64,000 bases of DNA, from contig OX597824.1 in the NCBI GenBank assembly GCA_951406725.2, positions 22,630,001 through 22,694,000 on the forward strand, read 5' to 3'. Each line of letters begins with the position of its first letter. The first letter of the stretch is position 1. Source of the DNA: Octopus vulgaris (lineage: Eukaryota). The translations under genes were made by a program, and so were the position numbers. This document shows positions 1 through 13,219 of this stretch, in pieces. Below the pieces are notes generated by a model. The model searched no databases, was not told where the DNA came from, and saw nothing but the letters and a program-made list of their open reading frames with translations.

Positions 1-385
1 AGCTTGCTTACCAACCACATGGTTCCGGGTTCAGTCCCACAGTGTGGCACCTTGGGCAAGTGTTTTCTACTATAGTGTCGGGCCGACCAAAGCCTTGTGA
101 GTGGATTTGGTAGATGGAAACTGAAAGAAGCCCATTGTATATATGTATGTATATATATGTATGTGTGTGTGTATACATTTGTGTGTCTGTGTTTGTCCCC
201 CCAATATCACTTGACAACCGATGCTGGTGTGTTTACGTCCCCATAACTTAGCGATTTGGTAAAAGAGACCGATAGAATAAGTACTAGGCTTACAAAGAAT
301 AAGTCCTGGGGACGATTTGCTTGAGTAAAGGTGGTGCTCCAGCATGGCTACAGTCAAATGACTGAAACAAGTAAAAGAGTAAATA
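1..385 (+). mobile_element. tRNA-derived SINE family A (CORE-like motif, internal TA/TG microsatellite), cut by window edge
   Basis: B-box-like GGTTCAGTCCC, CORE-like CACCTTGGGCAAGT and GACTGAAACAAGTAAAAGAG tail. Near-identical to copies at 48878, 52810 and 58688; shows CpG>TpG decay. Confidence 0.9.
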
Positions 386-429
386 AGCTTTACATTTGAC
401 AAAATAATGTGAATACTAAAGGGTTAAGG

Positions 430-1210
430 TGGACCTTGACTCTCCAGTAAGTGACCCACACTCTTGGTTTCCTGACTTTCCTCTGTGGCACATGTAGAAT
501 GAGACATGCAGGATCCAGTATCGAAATTGCAAGGGGTGGCACCTTCTCTAACATGTCATGCGTAGCCCTCTTCATCTGCTGGTTTAGGCATTGGATCCGT
601 TGTAATCATTGGCTTGTTCCACTGTTGAGATCTCCGGGGATTGGTCATGCTCAGTCTGGGTCCTCATCCTCAACCTGGCTGCCAAGGGTGGCCCTACTAG
701 GATCCTCTCTCTGATGGTCACTCCTTGTTGTAGTGGAGGGGCTTGTGTGAACCAACGACTGACAGCAATGTCATCAGGAGTTTTAAACTCATGGATACAG
801 CAAGACAAGTCAGATAATTAGCTAAGTATAACTGTGTATATCTGCCTTAGGGCTCCCCCCCTCTAGATTTTCTGTAGGGGTTTAACCCCTTAGCTCTTTT
901 TAACTGCTCGATAACTTACCCCACAAAACAGCAGGGATTTATCATTATAGTGGGCATGGTTTGTGCAGAGTCAGTCCTACTTTCTCATCTTTCAAACTTG
1001 TATTAGTCTGGAGCAACAAGTACTGTGATCCCAGTAATTATCAAGATGCAGGATTTGTATGGAGTTACCTTCTCTTAGATGAACAGCTAAAGAGCTGAAG
1101 GGCTTCATCTACCCAGGGTTCATTGGTGCATCTGTGACTCACCTTCTTCCAGAAACAATTCTGTGACATGCTAATTAGACCTGTAGCTAGGACCCTGACA
1201 GGTACTAATA
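430..1210. mobile_element. Degenerate RTE-clade LINE 5'-UTR-like relic, partly inverted
   Basis: GGTCACTCCTTGTTGTAGTGGAGGGGCTTGTGTG at ~716 resembles the conserved RTE/Expander 5' UTR motif (recalled, not searched). No ORF homology. Confidence 0.4.
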
Positions 1211-1213
1211 CTG

Positions 1214-1280
1214 TTCTATGCTTAAGTGATGAGGAATTATATACATTATTTACATTTGATGGATATTTGTCCTCATCTTC
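1214..1280 (-). mobile_element. 3' end fragment of the hammerhead-containing element found at 60788-61115
   Basis: GTTCTAT..TTAAG.GATGAGGAATTAT.TACATTATTTAC.TTTGA.GGATATTTGTCCTCATCTT matches 60792-60859. Confidence 0.8.
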
Positions 1281-1282
1281 TT

Positions 1283-1849
1283 GATAATCAAGGAGGATGC
1301 AGTCTGGGGAGTTAGGTGGTCAGATGTTAGGGGTGAAGTGCTTGCAGAACTTGTCTGACAGCCATGACTAGGTTCTCCTACTTGTGTGGCATGGAGCAGA
1401 GTCCTGTTGCCAGATATAGGGTTTCCCAGGAGCCACCTTCTTAATCCAGGGAAGCACCACCTTCTGCATGCACTTGCTGTAGGCCTCTTGTTGAATCTGA
1501 GACCATGAGGGAAGATGAATGGAGGCATAATGTCGCCATCACTAGTGATCACTCCAAACACCATGATGCTGACTGGATGTTTGATTTTTATCAATCTTGG
1601 CACTTGTCCTCAGATTGACACCCAAACACACTGAAATGTTTGTATTGGAGCTTCTGGCGCAAATGTCAAGCAGTACAGCATGTCATTTCCAAATTTCTGC
1701 CAGAGAGAACTGCGTCATGGTGTTGCTTTTCGCACAGACAGTGCTCAACTGACCCTACTATACTGTGTAGTCAACAAAATCAAAAACAAACAATGCGCAT
1801 GCACGAAATTAAAAAAATAAAATGGCGGCAATTTACCCATCACACCCTG
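1283..1849 (-). mobile_element. Tc1/mariner superfamily DD37D (maT-like) transposase relic with 5' TIR, internally deleted
   Basis: Minus-strand translation KHPVSIMVFGVITSDG...YIWQQDSAPCHTSRRT*SWLSDKF...I*PPNSPDCILLDY has 37 residues between the second and third D, with stops and a frameshift. Terminus reads TA|CAGGGTG at 1849. Confidence 0.85.
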
Positions 1850-1851
1850 TA

Positions 1852-2817
1852 TCATCATCATCATCATTTAACGTCCGCTTTCCATGCTAGCATGGGTTGG
1901 ACGGTTCAACTGGGGTCTGGGGAGCCCGAAAGCTGCACCAGGCCAGTCAGATCTGGCAGTGTTTCTACAGCTGGATGCCCTTCCTAACGCCAACCACTCC
2001 GAGAGTGTAGTGGGTGATTTTATGTGCCACCGACACAGGTGCCAGACGAGGCTGGCAAACGACCACGCTCGGATGGTGTTTTTTATGTGCCACCGACACA
2101 GGTGCCAGACGAGGCTGGCAGACGGCCACGCTCGGATGGTGTTTTTATGTGCCACCGACACAGGTGCCAGATGAGGCTGGCAAACGGCCACGATCGGATG
2201 GTGTTTGTTACGTGCCCACAGCACGGAGGCCAGTCGATGCGGTACTGGCTATGGCCACGTTCGGATGGTTTTCTTGTGTGCCACGTGCCACCGGCACTGG
2301 TACCACAAAGATACAAATTCCATTGATGTTCATCTATTTTGATTTGTTTTGATTTTCACTTGCCTCAACAGGTCTTCGGTCTTCACAAGTGTCACAAGAA
2401 GGAAGGTATGCACAGGTGGACTGACTACGTCCCAGGTAGGGGCCACAGGTTATGGCCTGACTAGTCTTGCCGGTTCTTCAGATGGTGTTTTTATGTGCCA
2501 CCGACACAGGTGCCAGATGAGGCTGGCGAACGGCCACGATCGGATGGTGTTTGTTACGTGCCCACAGCACGGAGGCCAGTCGGTGCGGTACTGGCTACGG
2601 CCACGTTCGGATGGTTTTCTTGTGTGCCACCGGCACTGGTACCACAAAGATACAATTCCATTAATGTTCATCTATTTTGATTTGTTTTGATTTGATTTGA
2701 TTTGATTTGTTTTGATTTCATTTTGATTTTCACTTGCCTCAACAGGCCTTCACAAGTATCACAAGGAGGAAGGTATGCACAGGTGGACTGACTACGTCCC
2801 AGGTAGTCAGTCCACCT
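1852..2817 (-). mobile_element. RTE LINE 3' end (family D) with internal ~63-bp minisatellite and ~340-bp duplication
   Basis: GGACGTTAAA(TGA)n tail and GGCGTTAGGAAGGGCATCCAGCTGTAGAAA motif. Repeat units start at ~2021, 2085 and 2148; segment 2148-2480 recurs from 2491. Confidence 0.85.
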
Positions 2818-2832
2818 ATATGTATATATATA

Positions 2833-3177
2833 TCATCATCATTTAACATCCGCTTTCCATGCTAGCATAGGTTGGACGATTTGACTGCGGACTGGAGAAC
2901 CAGATGGCTGCACCTGGCAACGACCTCGCTCGAATGATGTTTTATACGTGCCACCGGCATGGAAGCCAGTCAGCAGCCCTGGCAGCGATCACACTCGGAT
3001 GGTGCTCTTAGCACTCTACTAGCACGGATGCCAGTCATCGAATTTGATTTCGATTTCACTTGCCTCAACAGGTCTTCGCAAGCAGAGTTTAGTGTCCAAT
3101 GAAGGAAAGGAACGCATAAGTGGGCTGGTTACACCCCTGGCATAGGCCACAGGTTATGGTCTCACTTGGCTTGCTAG
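2833..3177 (-). mobile_element. RTE LINE 3' end (family D)
   Basis: Same (TGA)n tail and GCAAGCCAAGTGAGACC ORF-end motif; sits next to a TA tract. Confidence 0.8.
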
Positions 3178-3368
3178 CGTTTGTCCCCATCACCATTGCT
3201 TAGCAACCGATGGTGGTATATTTATGTTGCTGTAACCTAGTAGTTTGGCAAAGGAGACCGATAAAATAAGTACTAGGCTTACAAAGAATAAGTCGTGGGG
3301 TCAATTTCTTAGACTAAAACAACATTTAAGGTGGTGCTCCACCATGGCCGCAGTCAAATGACTGAAAA
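3178..3368 (+). mobile_element. SINE family A, 3' half
   Basis: Matches positions 193-366. Confidence 0.8.
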
Positions 3369-3369
3369 T

Positions 3370-4442
3370 CTCCACTGTACTACAACCATCACACACCTTC
3401 ACACTCACTATCACTGGCATCATACCACTAAACTACAGCCACTACCACAATCACCATATAGTACTTACTACAATCTCAGCTATCATACCATTATCACACT
3501 ATACCTCCGCAATCACCACTACCACCACCATCATCATAACCACTACTACTACTGTCACCACCACAACTATCACTACCACCAAAGCCACATTACTACTACA
3601 ACTAAAGCCATTATGTCAATGTGACCACCTCTACAACCATCACCACTATCACCACTACCACTACAACCATTAACACCACCACTATCACACATATAGCCCT
3701 CAGACTACTACAACCACCACCACCACCACAACATACCACTCAACCCATTTCACCACCACACCCACCACCACCACCACCACCAAAACCATATGCCATTCAA
3801 GAATTATGGCGGATATTATTTGACATTTGACCCAAGAAGGTGATTTTCTAGAGACTCAACTTCTCTCTTCACACAAATGAGTCAACACACACACACACAC
3901 ACACACACACATCAATCACACACCACACACAAACACATACACAAATACATTACACACCACACATACACTACACCACATGTGAATAAAATATACACCACAC
4001 ACTTTCTCAAGCAAAAGACAAATACATTTCCAGACAGCACCATCATCACAGACAAATATACACAAAGTCACACACACACACATCTACACAGAAGCTGGCA
4101 TACACACGCACGCACACGCACACACACACACACACACATGCAGTCACCCCCATTTCCCCCCACACTCAGTTTCTACACACATAATTCTATATACAAACAT
4201 ACACACACAGAGTCACAACTACCACATTCACAATTTCTATGCACATAATTCCACATAGTCACACACACACACACACGGGGCCCCTCCCCTCCTCACATAC
4301 TCCAGCCCAATTACAATGTTTGCTGCGATATAGACAAGACAAACTCACCATTAATAAATTATATTTCACTCGAGAGGGGGACAGATGATGATTATGAAAA
4401 GCACCCCCTCCTCTATCATTTATCTGTTTCTCTATCTCTCTG

Positions 4443-4479
<37 letters not shown>

Positions 4480-4520
4480 ATCTATTTATCTCTATCCATC
4501 TCTCTATATATCTATCTGTT
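3370..4520. repeat. Low-complexity (CAC/CAT)n, (CA)n and (CT)n tracts
   Basis: Visible simple repeats. Confidence 0.9.
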
Positions 4521-4867
4521 TATGTTCTCAGTGACAATAAACAGAATTTAAGATCAATATACTAACAACAACAATGTGTCTGTCATTGTAAGGGTGGGAA
4601 GAGGTGTGATGGTGAGGGGACAATGAGAAAAAAAACCCATACATGATACACAAAGGAAGGACTGCTATGTGGTCACTCAACAAGCTAAAAATAACAACCA
4701 GACATGAGATGATTGGGGAAAACTGGGTGGATGCTGATCATTTGGCTCAGTTGACTGCACATTCGACCCATTTTGCTGACAGTATTTTTTAGCACTAGAG
4801 ACAGACAGACAGACACACACACAACACACACATAACAGGTACCTAATAGGACTGGTGATTTTGAACA

Positions 4868-5480
4868 TTACAGAGCACCATCCGAGCCTGATTGTTGCCA
4901 TAGTAGCAAACTGGCTTCTGTACCGGTGGCACGTAAAAAGCACAATTTGAGCGTGATCGTTACCAGCGTTGCCTCACTCGCACTTGTGCTGGTGGCACGT
5001 GAAAAAATTAGAGTGAGGTCGTTGCCAGTGCCACTGGACTGGCTCGTGTGCAGGTGGCAGGTAAGAAATACCATTTGAGCGTGGCCATTGCCAGTACCGC
5101 CTGACCGGCCCTCGTGCCAGTGGCACGTAAAAGCACCCATTACACTCTTGGAGTGGTTGGCATTAGGAAGGGATCCAGATGTAGAAACTCTGCCAGATCA
5201 GATTGGAGCCTGGTGCAGCTATCTGGTTCATTAGTCCTCAGTCAAATCGTCCAATCCATGCTAGCATGGAAAGCGGACGTTAAACGATGATGATGATGAT
5301 GAGTAGTCTGGAGCCATGTAAAAAGCACCCTGTCCACTCTGTAAAGCTGTTGGTATTAGGAAGGGCATCCAGCCATAGAAACTAAGCCAAAGAAGGCAAC
5401 GGAGCTTGGCATAGTCCTCCGACTTGCCACCTTCTGTAAAACTGTCCAACCCATGCCAGCATGGAAAATAGACATTAAAT
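4868..5480 (+). mobile_element. Two tandem RTE 3' ends (family D)
   Basis: GTGGCACGTAAAA units and TTAGGAAGGG(C)ATCCAG motif; GGACGTTAAACGATGATG tail at ~5275-5300; older copy at 5310-5480. Confidence 0.85.
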
Positions 5481-6419
5481 GAGTATACATACATACATAT
5501 ACATGTATATGTGTATATACACACTCACACATATATATAAAATACCAATTAAAAAGAAAAAGCAAAAACACCATAAATACAACAAAAGGCACCCAGAGCT
5601 GTGCTCAATGGAGCACTGAAAGCAAACAATACGAATATTATTATTGGCACACTAACTCATGATCTAACAACTACAAGAACAACAACAACAATAATAATAA
5701 TAATAATAACAATAATAATAATAATGATAATAATAATGATAGTAATAATAATCGTTCCTTTGTTGTAGTGTTGTTTATAATTTAATAAAAAAAGAACATA
5801 ATAGCAATAATGCTGACGGCATCAAAAGTCTCTATTTAATGTCCATTCTCTTTCTGCTGGCATTAGGTTAAAATGGATTGCTTCAATCCAATGTTAGCTT
5901 TCTCTCATCTCTATTTACATCACATTCCAGTCCACACTATTCAATGCTTTGTGTATGAGAGAGAGAGAGAGAGGATAAAGGAGAGAGAGGGAGAAAGAGG
6001 GGAGAAAAGAGAGGGAGAGAAAGAGAGGATGTGTCTGGTTTTGTTTGGTTTATTTGCTTCTTTCCTCAATTTTTTTAAAAATTCTTTTATGTATTTTTGG
6101 ATTGTTTCATTATTATTTCCCATCTCTATTCTTTCTTCTATAGCTATTCGTCATGATCGATTCTATCAACATCATCACCATCATCATCATCACCACTACA
6201 ACCATGATTTCAGTCCACTTCATCATAAACATCAGCGGCAGCAGCAGCAGTAACAGTACAAACAACCACCACCACCAACAACAACAACAACGACAATACT
6301 AGCACCACCACACCACAACTATGACCACCACCACCACCGCCGTCGTCATCATCATGACTAACATTTTACTCTCTTTCACTGTCTGCTGGCCATTTTGTCA
6401 ATCAAATAATTGACAATAA

Positions 6420-6430
6420 CATATACAAAC

Positions 6431-6469
<39 letters not shown>

Positions 6470-6690
6470 CATATATTATATATATATATATACACATATA
6501 TTATATATATATATACACATATATTATATATATATATACACATATATACACACACATACTCACATATGTATATATACACACATACACATATAAATATATA
6601 TACTCACACACATATGCATATATATACAGACTTGCTCATATACATACACATATACATCCATGTACATACCCCCACACACGCACACACATA
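6420..6690. repeat. (TA/CA)n microsatellite
   Basis: Visible simple repeat. Confidence 0.95.
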
Positions 6691-6697
6691 CGAAATG

Positions 6698-6848
6698 TTT
6701 TCTACTCTAGGCCCAAAATTTTTTGGGAGGGGGGGCAGTTGGTTAGATCGACCCCAGTACACAGCTGGTACTTAATTTATCGACCCTGAAGGGATGAAAG
6801 GCAAAGTCAACCTCGGTGGAATTTGAATTCAGAACGTAAAGACAGATG
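6698..6848 (-). mobile_element. SINE family B fragment
   Basis: Reverse complement of GTCGACTTTGCCTTTCATCC..GGGTCGATAAATTAAGTACCAG core. Confidence 0.8.
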
Positions 6849-7944
6849 ACACACACACACACGAAATATTGTTAAAGAAATGAAAAAGGTCCCCGAATAC
6901 ACAAGGGGCTGCTTTTAAGGGCAAGCGTTCCGCTAAGCTCTTGTTACATGGTGATAAGGAAGCAATGAAAGATTCTCTCCTCTTCAGGATAAAAAACCAG
7001 AGATTGATTTCTAATGCTGTCACATGACCTATTCCATATGATAGATTAAATCTATGCCCCAGCATATGACAGGTACTGGCTGTTTGGTTGCATGGTTTTT
7101 TTTTCTTCTTAATTTTTATACATCTGTAAGATCATCTCCATCCATATCAATACCATCACCATCATCATTATCATCAATATCATCACCATCGTTAGCAGCA
7201 ACAGCGTTAACAACATCGACAGACATCATCTCAGCCACCATCAGCATTATCAACAATGGCATCCTCATCTCCACATCATCATCATCTCACCACCACAACC
7301 ACCTATCACCATCATCGAATCATCATCACCGTCTCACATCAACCACCAGTGCCACTTCCAACACCACAATCATCATCATCATCATCGTCATTAATCACCA
7401 TCATCATCATAGTCACTAACATCAATCTTCATCACCATCATCACTGACGCTCTCATCATTTCCACCACCACCACCACCCCAATCAATTATTGTCATCATC
7501 ATCATCATCATCACCGCCGCCATCACCATCATCATCATCATCATTATTACTAAACAGTGAATTGGGAAGAATATATAAACCAGGAAGAAAATGCCTCGTA
7601 GTGTTTTTTTTCTGCCTCTTTGTGCTCAGAATTTGAATCCCACCAAAGTCACCTTTGACCTCCCTTCTTCAGGATTGATGGAATACTGATCAAATAACAG
7701 CACTGATTTCATTGTCTGACCCCCTCCAAACAAGATGCCTGACCTTGTGCTTAAAGTTAGAAAATGCCTTTCATCTTTTTAGGGATCAATAAAATAATAC
7801 AGAATCAATCAATTAAATACTAGGATCAATGTAATAGACTTGCCCCCACTCTTCAAAATTGCTGGTCTTGTGCCTATAATGTAAAAAATTATTATTATTG
7901 TTGTTGTTATTATCATTATTATTATTAATATTATTATCATTGTA

Positions 7945-8302
7945 ATCGATCAACATCAATGGAATTTGTAGCTGTGATACCAGTGCCGGTGGCACGTAAG
8001 AGAACCATCCAAATGTGGCTGTAGCCAGCGCCGTCCTGACTGGCCTCCGTGCCGGTGGCACATAAAAAGCACCATCTGATCGTGGCCGTTTGCCAGCCTC
8101 GTCTGGCACCTGTGCCGGTGGCACGTAAAAAGCACCCACTACACTCACGGAGTGATTGGCGTTAGGAAGGGCATCCAGCTGTAGAAACACTACCAGATCA
8201 GATTGTAGCCTGGTACAGCCTCCTGGCTTCCCAGACCCCAGTTGAACCATCCAACCCATGCTAGCATGGAAAGCGGACGTTAAACGATGATGATGATGAT
8301 GA
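7945..8302 (+). mobile_element. RTE LINE 3' end (family D)
   Basis: High identity to 1852-2340 in the opposite orientation; (TGA)n tail. Confidence 0.9.
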
Positions 8303-8319
8303 TTATTATTATTATTACT

Positions 8320-8915
8320 GAGGCGGTGAGCTGGCAGAATCGTAAGCATGCTGTATGAAATGCTTAGTGGTATTTCATCTGCTGCAACGTTCTGAGTTCA
8401 AATTCCATCACAGTCGACTGTGCCTTTCATCCTTTCAGGGTCGATAAGATAAGTATCAGTGAAACATTGAGGCCTTGTGCCTCCAATAGAAAGGATTATT
8501 ATTCTTCTTCTTCTTATTATTATTATAACTATTATTATTATTATTAGTGAAAGCACATGGCTCAGTGGTTAGAGCGTCGAGCTTACGATCACGAGGTCGA
8601 TGTACTGAGGTCGATGTAATTAACTATTCTCTCACTGAGATTTCAGGCCTTGCGCTTATGGTAGAAAGGATTATTATTATTATTATTATTATTATGTAAG
8701 GGCGTGAGCTGGTAGAATCATTAGCACACTGAGCAAAATGCAAAACGGCATTTCATTCATCTTTACGTTCTGAGTTCAAATTCCACCAAGGTTGACTTTG
8801 TGTTTTATCTTTTTGGGATTGATAGAATAAGTACCAGTTGAACACTGGGGTCGACATAATCGACTAGTCCCCTCCCCCAAAATTTCAAACCTTGTGCCTC
8901 TAGTAGAAAGGACCA
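8320..8915 (+). mobile_element. Cluster of old SINE family B copies plus a tRNA-like head fragment, separated by (ATT)n
   Basis: AGGCGGTGAGCTGGCAGAAT head, GAGTTCAAATTCC B-box and Deu/Nin-like core; heavy CpG decay. Confidence 0.85.
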
Positions 8916-9043
8916 TTATTATTATTATTATTATTATTAAGCAGATGGGAGGTTGGTTGAGCTGTAAGAGTGGTGAATATAATAACATATGTAGTACGAC
9001 AGAGACTGTAGTTGTTGTCCTAGGGAAAGGTTTTACAGAGTGA

Positions 9044-9074
<31 letters not shown>

Positions 9075-9339
9075 GAAGACAGAGGGAAAGAAAAATCAGA
9101 GACTAGAACAAGACAGAACAGACAGTTCATAAAAGGAAGTAATGTCAACAATATCAGCATTGCAAGAGGAGAGAGAGAGAGAGAGAGAGATTGAAAAAGA
9201 AACAGAGAGAGTGAGGGAGTCGACACATTATGTAGTGCAAAGAAAACCAGAAGTCAATAACCTTCCTCTCTCCCCTACCCTCAATCTACCCTCTACTCTT
9301 ACCATTCCTCTGCCAGCCCCCAACTCACCCTTCTCTCGG

Positions 9340-9620
9340 TGCTTAGGAAAGCTAATTACGCATTCATGCGCCTTATACCCCTTTTCTCTTTCATTCCATG
9401 CTGCACCCTGAAGCAGCGAAAAGCTACTCTGGGTGTTCCACCCTGGGCATGTATGGCAGCTGGATGTGATGGAAGTAGAATAAAAAAACGAGAGAGAGAG
9501 AGAAAGAGAGAGAAAGAGAGAGAGAGGGGGGCGAGGATGAGGTGGAGGAGAGGGTAAGCAGAAAAACTCCTTCTACTATAAATAGCAAGGAGAGTCAAGA
9601 ATCAAGCACAAAATTCAATA
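9340..9620 (+). promoter_or_regulatory. Candidate regulatory element with TATA-like box
   Basis: TATAAATA at 9577-9584 downstream of GA repeats, in unique sequence that retains CpGs. Confidence 0.2.
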
Positions 9621-10099
9621 TTAAATAACAACAACAGCAACAACAAAAACTGCAATATGAACGGCAGGAACAACAACAAACACAAGCTCCATATGGTTAT
9701 CATATTCGATATCCATCCACTATCACAAACCTACATATTCACCTCTCTCTCTCTCTCCACAATTACGACATATATCGAGGCCACAGTATCTGCAGACACA
9801 TGTATTCATGCGCACATGTGTGCCCCACTATTCTAACCAACGTAGACATCAGTGAAGCATTTGATGGCGTCAAACGCTTTAAGAAATGTACCGAGCATTT
9901 CCTTAATAAACAACATAAAACATTGGCTATGGAACTTTCCTCTCACAAATTTCCAAGTCTATATTCAAGTTTATGCCATAAACATAACAATAACCTGCAT
10001 AACTTTTAATTTCTTCAATGGTATCCTACAAGAACATGCATTCCCATCAACCCTTTTCATGCTATAATTACGAGACCTTCTCCATCCCAGCACCTCTTC

Positions 10100-10143
<44 letters not shown>

Positions 10144-10384
10144 TATGCAAATAACATTTATGTATTTTTTTACGCCACCCTGCTACCATTCTTCAGACAC
10201 GCAGCTGCAGACACACAGCTACACCGATGCTTACAGCGATCTCATAGAAACTTGGCTCCAAAAAAACCCAGCAGTCTTGAAAATAGCACCGACCGAATCC
10301 TCCATCTCGCTTCAATACCGGCAGCTTGAAAAGAGCATCGAATACAACAGGCCATTATTGCACTGAATAACATATTCATAGCTC

Positions 10385-10965
10385 CACCTCCACACACACA
10401 CAGACACACACACACATGCACACACATACACACGTGCACACACACACACAAGAATGATAACCAAGACAAAAATACAAGGAGACATTAAACAGTTCTGTGA
10501 CATTCACAACACACACACACACCACACACATGCATGCACACACAAACACACAGATGCATGTGCATGCATACACACATGCCGATGTGCACACATGCACACA
10601 TACAAGAATGATAAACAAGATAAAAATACAAGATGTTACTTAAACAGTTCTGTGACATTCACAACACACACACACATACTCGCACACACACACACACACT
10701 CGCACACACTCGCACATGCACACACTCGCACACACACATACTCGCACACACACATACTCGCACACACACACATACTCGCACACACACACACTCGCACACA
10801 CACACTCGCACACACACACTCACACACACACTCTCACACACACACTCTCACACACACACATACTCACACACACACTCTCACACACACACACTCACACACA
10901 CACTCTCACACACACACACACACTCAAACACACACAAACACTCACACAAACACACACACACACAG
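10385..10965. repeat. (CA)n-rich tract with a duplicated ~60-bp unique unit
   Basis: CAAGAATGATAA..CAAGA.AAAAATACAAG...TTAAACAGTTCTGTGACATTCACAAC at ~10449 and ~10603. Confidence 0.85.
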
Positions 10966-11428
10966 ATGTGTAAAACAATGCACAAACCTATTCCAAGCGC
11001 TCAAGTACCACCACATTCAGCGACAGACAGAAACACCCCCCAGGGGCACACAAACAATAGAATAGATTGCCACACACGCCCAAACTAGTAGCATATTTTG
11101 GGTCGTGCATTTTCAGTGTTTATTTCGATGTGTGATCATCATCATCATCATAAACATCATTATCATCATCACCATTTAATGCCAACTCTTCCTCACTTGC
11201 ATGGGTCAGATGGAATATGTTGAGACAGATTTTTTGGGGGTTGGATGCCTTTCCAGTCACTAACCCTCAACTGTTTTCAAGCAAAATATTTTCTCATGGA
11301 CAGATATGTTTCCTTGTAAGACTGGAAACAAACAGTATCACTTGTATAACAGTGATATTGATACATAAATACACACACACACACTATGGGGATTCACACA
11401 GTTTCCATCTATCAAATTCACTCATTAA

Positions 11429-11653
11429 TCCTTTAGTATTTAAACCAGCCACATCCGGCCCAATATATTCTACATGTTTTATATTTGAACTAGCCATATC
11501 TAGCCTCTCACACCTAACCTACAATGTCATTCTAAAGATAAACAATCACATCATTGAAACCTCAAAGCTGTGAGATGATGCATGATTAATTCAAAACAAT
11601 TTGAGTGAAAAGGCATTAATTACATTTAACAGAGTCATCTGATCATTAAAGGG
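11429..11653. mobile_element. piggyBac-like MITE inserted in an old minus-strand SINE A
   Basis: TTAA|TCCTTTAGTATT...CATTAAAGGG|CTAA. The same right end (AATACTAAAGGG|TTAA) occurs at ~390-427. Flanks are contiguous SINE A sequence. Confidence 0.7.
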
Positions 11654-12299
11654 CTAAGGCTGCAGAAGAAAATACTTGACCAAGGTGGTGTGCAGTGGGT
11701 CGGAACCTGAAACCACATGGTTGCAATGCAAGCTTCTCAACCACACAGCCATGCTTGTACCTATAAGATATGGCTTAGAATTTGGTATGATTCTCAGCAC
11801 TTCAATTCCCTCCCTCTTCCCATGCTACCTAAATTCACTTCACAAGCTGAAGACATGTCTAAATACACAGCTTCATCTTTCCACTAAATCAGCTTCCCTC
11901 CACATCAACCAGAAGCGTTTCAAATTTATAAAATATGAAATTGACATTGCTGATCACTCCACACCCAACACTTTCATTTTCACTTCTCTAGTTCTTTTCT
12001 CTGCTGACTCACGGCTTAAGTCTTGTACACAGTGTTAACATGTAAGCATATGACCAGCCTGTCACATACTCATGTCTACCGGCTGTCCAGTTGTTTAACC
12101 AACTGTGTGCTTCTTGTCCATCAATCATTATGAGATGTAATCTATTTTTCACTCCTAGTTTATTCTGTTCAATGAACCGGTTAGATTTTCTGGAGAAACT
12201 CAAGTAAAACAGACACCTGAATCATCGAACATAAATTATTTTTATTTAACCATCATGTCATGTATTTTTTTCTTGCTTGATAATACTAACACACACACA

Positions 12300-12488
12300 C
12301 AGGTATGGCTGTGTGGTTAAGTTTGCTTCCCAACCACATAGTTTTGGGTTCAGTCCCACTGCATGACACTTTGAGTAAATATCTTCTCTTATAGGCCTGG
12401 GCTGGTCCAAAGCTTTGTATGTGTATTTAGAAGATAAAACTGAAAGAAACCTTAAGTTTATTGTGTATGTGTATGTGTGTGTGTGCAT
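12300..12488 (+). mobile_element. SINE family A, 5' half
   Basis: TGGCTGTGTGGTTAAG..GGGTTCAGTCCCACTG head. Confidence 0.8.
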
Positions 12489-12490
12489 AT

Positions 12491-12850
12491 ATCATCATCA
12501 TCATCATCATCATCATTTTAATGTCTGTTTTCCATGCTGGCATGGGTTGGATGGTTTGACTGAAAACTGGTAAGCCAGGGAGCTGCACCAGGTTCAGATC
12601 TGAATTTGCAAGGTTTCTACAGCTGGATGCCCTTCCTAATGCCAACCGCTCTGAGAGTGTAGTGGGTACCTTTTGCATGCCATTGGCCTGACCCCGGCAT
12701 TGGCTACAACTATGGTCTCACTTGGCTTGACAGGTCTACACAAGAGCGATATATCATCAAAGGTCTCAACTACCCGTCACTGCCTCCATGAGGCCCAACA
12801 CTCGAAAGGTGCTTTTTACATGCAACTGGCACCGGTGCCAGTCAGACAAT
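12491..12850 (-). mobile_element. RTE LINE 3' end including degenerate ORF C-terminus
   Basis: 12720-12810 on the minus strand reads LRVLGLMEAVTGS*DL**YIALV*TCQAK*, like RTE C-termini (DL..LGL.E.M..DR..W). It is joined to the family D 3' UTR. Confidence 0.7.
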
Positions 12851-13184
12851 GGACTCTCCCATCGAAGACAACGTATGAGAGTTCAGCTTTTGCTGAATGA
12901 CTTACACAAATGATTTCTTTATAGTGATCAGAGGGAGCTGGACATTAGCTCCCTCCATCAAATCAACAAGGTCTGAACAGGTGCATGGTGTACCACATGT
13001 CAGATGTCGAAGTGATCACAGAGCAACATGAGATGAAGTGTCTTGCTCAAGAACACAATGCACCACCTGGTCTAGGAATTGAACCCATGAATGCTGGATT
13101 GACAGTGCAACACACACACACACACTTAGTACTTTGCATGTACCACGTCCTGGTTTTGCATGTGTTTTTCTTTGTTTTTTGGAT

Positions 13185-13217
<33 letters not shown>

Positions 13218-13219
<2 letters not shown>

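Noticed and set aside
8-402. Recurrent ORFs such as GLLSVSVYQIHSQGFGRPEA and RPRKDERQSRPRRNLNSE
   Set aside because: Antisense translations of SINE A and SINE B, not a gene family.
3331-4248. His/Thr/Pro-rich ORFs (also 7054-7447 and 10454-11088)
   Set aside because: Products of (CAC)n, (CAT)n and (CA)n repeats.
6870-7065. Unique segment as a coding exon (also 18360-18880)
   Set aside because: No recognisable protein similarity in any frame and no clear splice pair.
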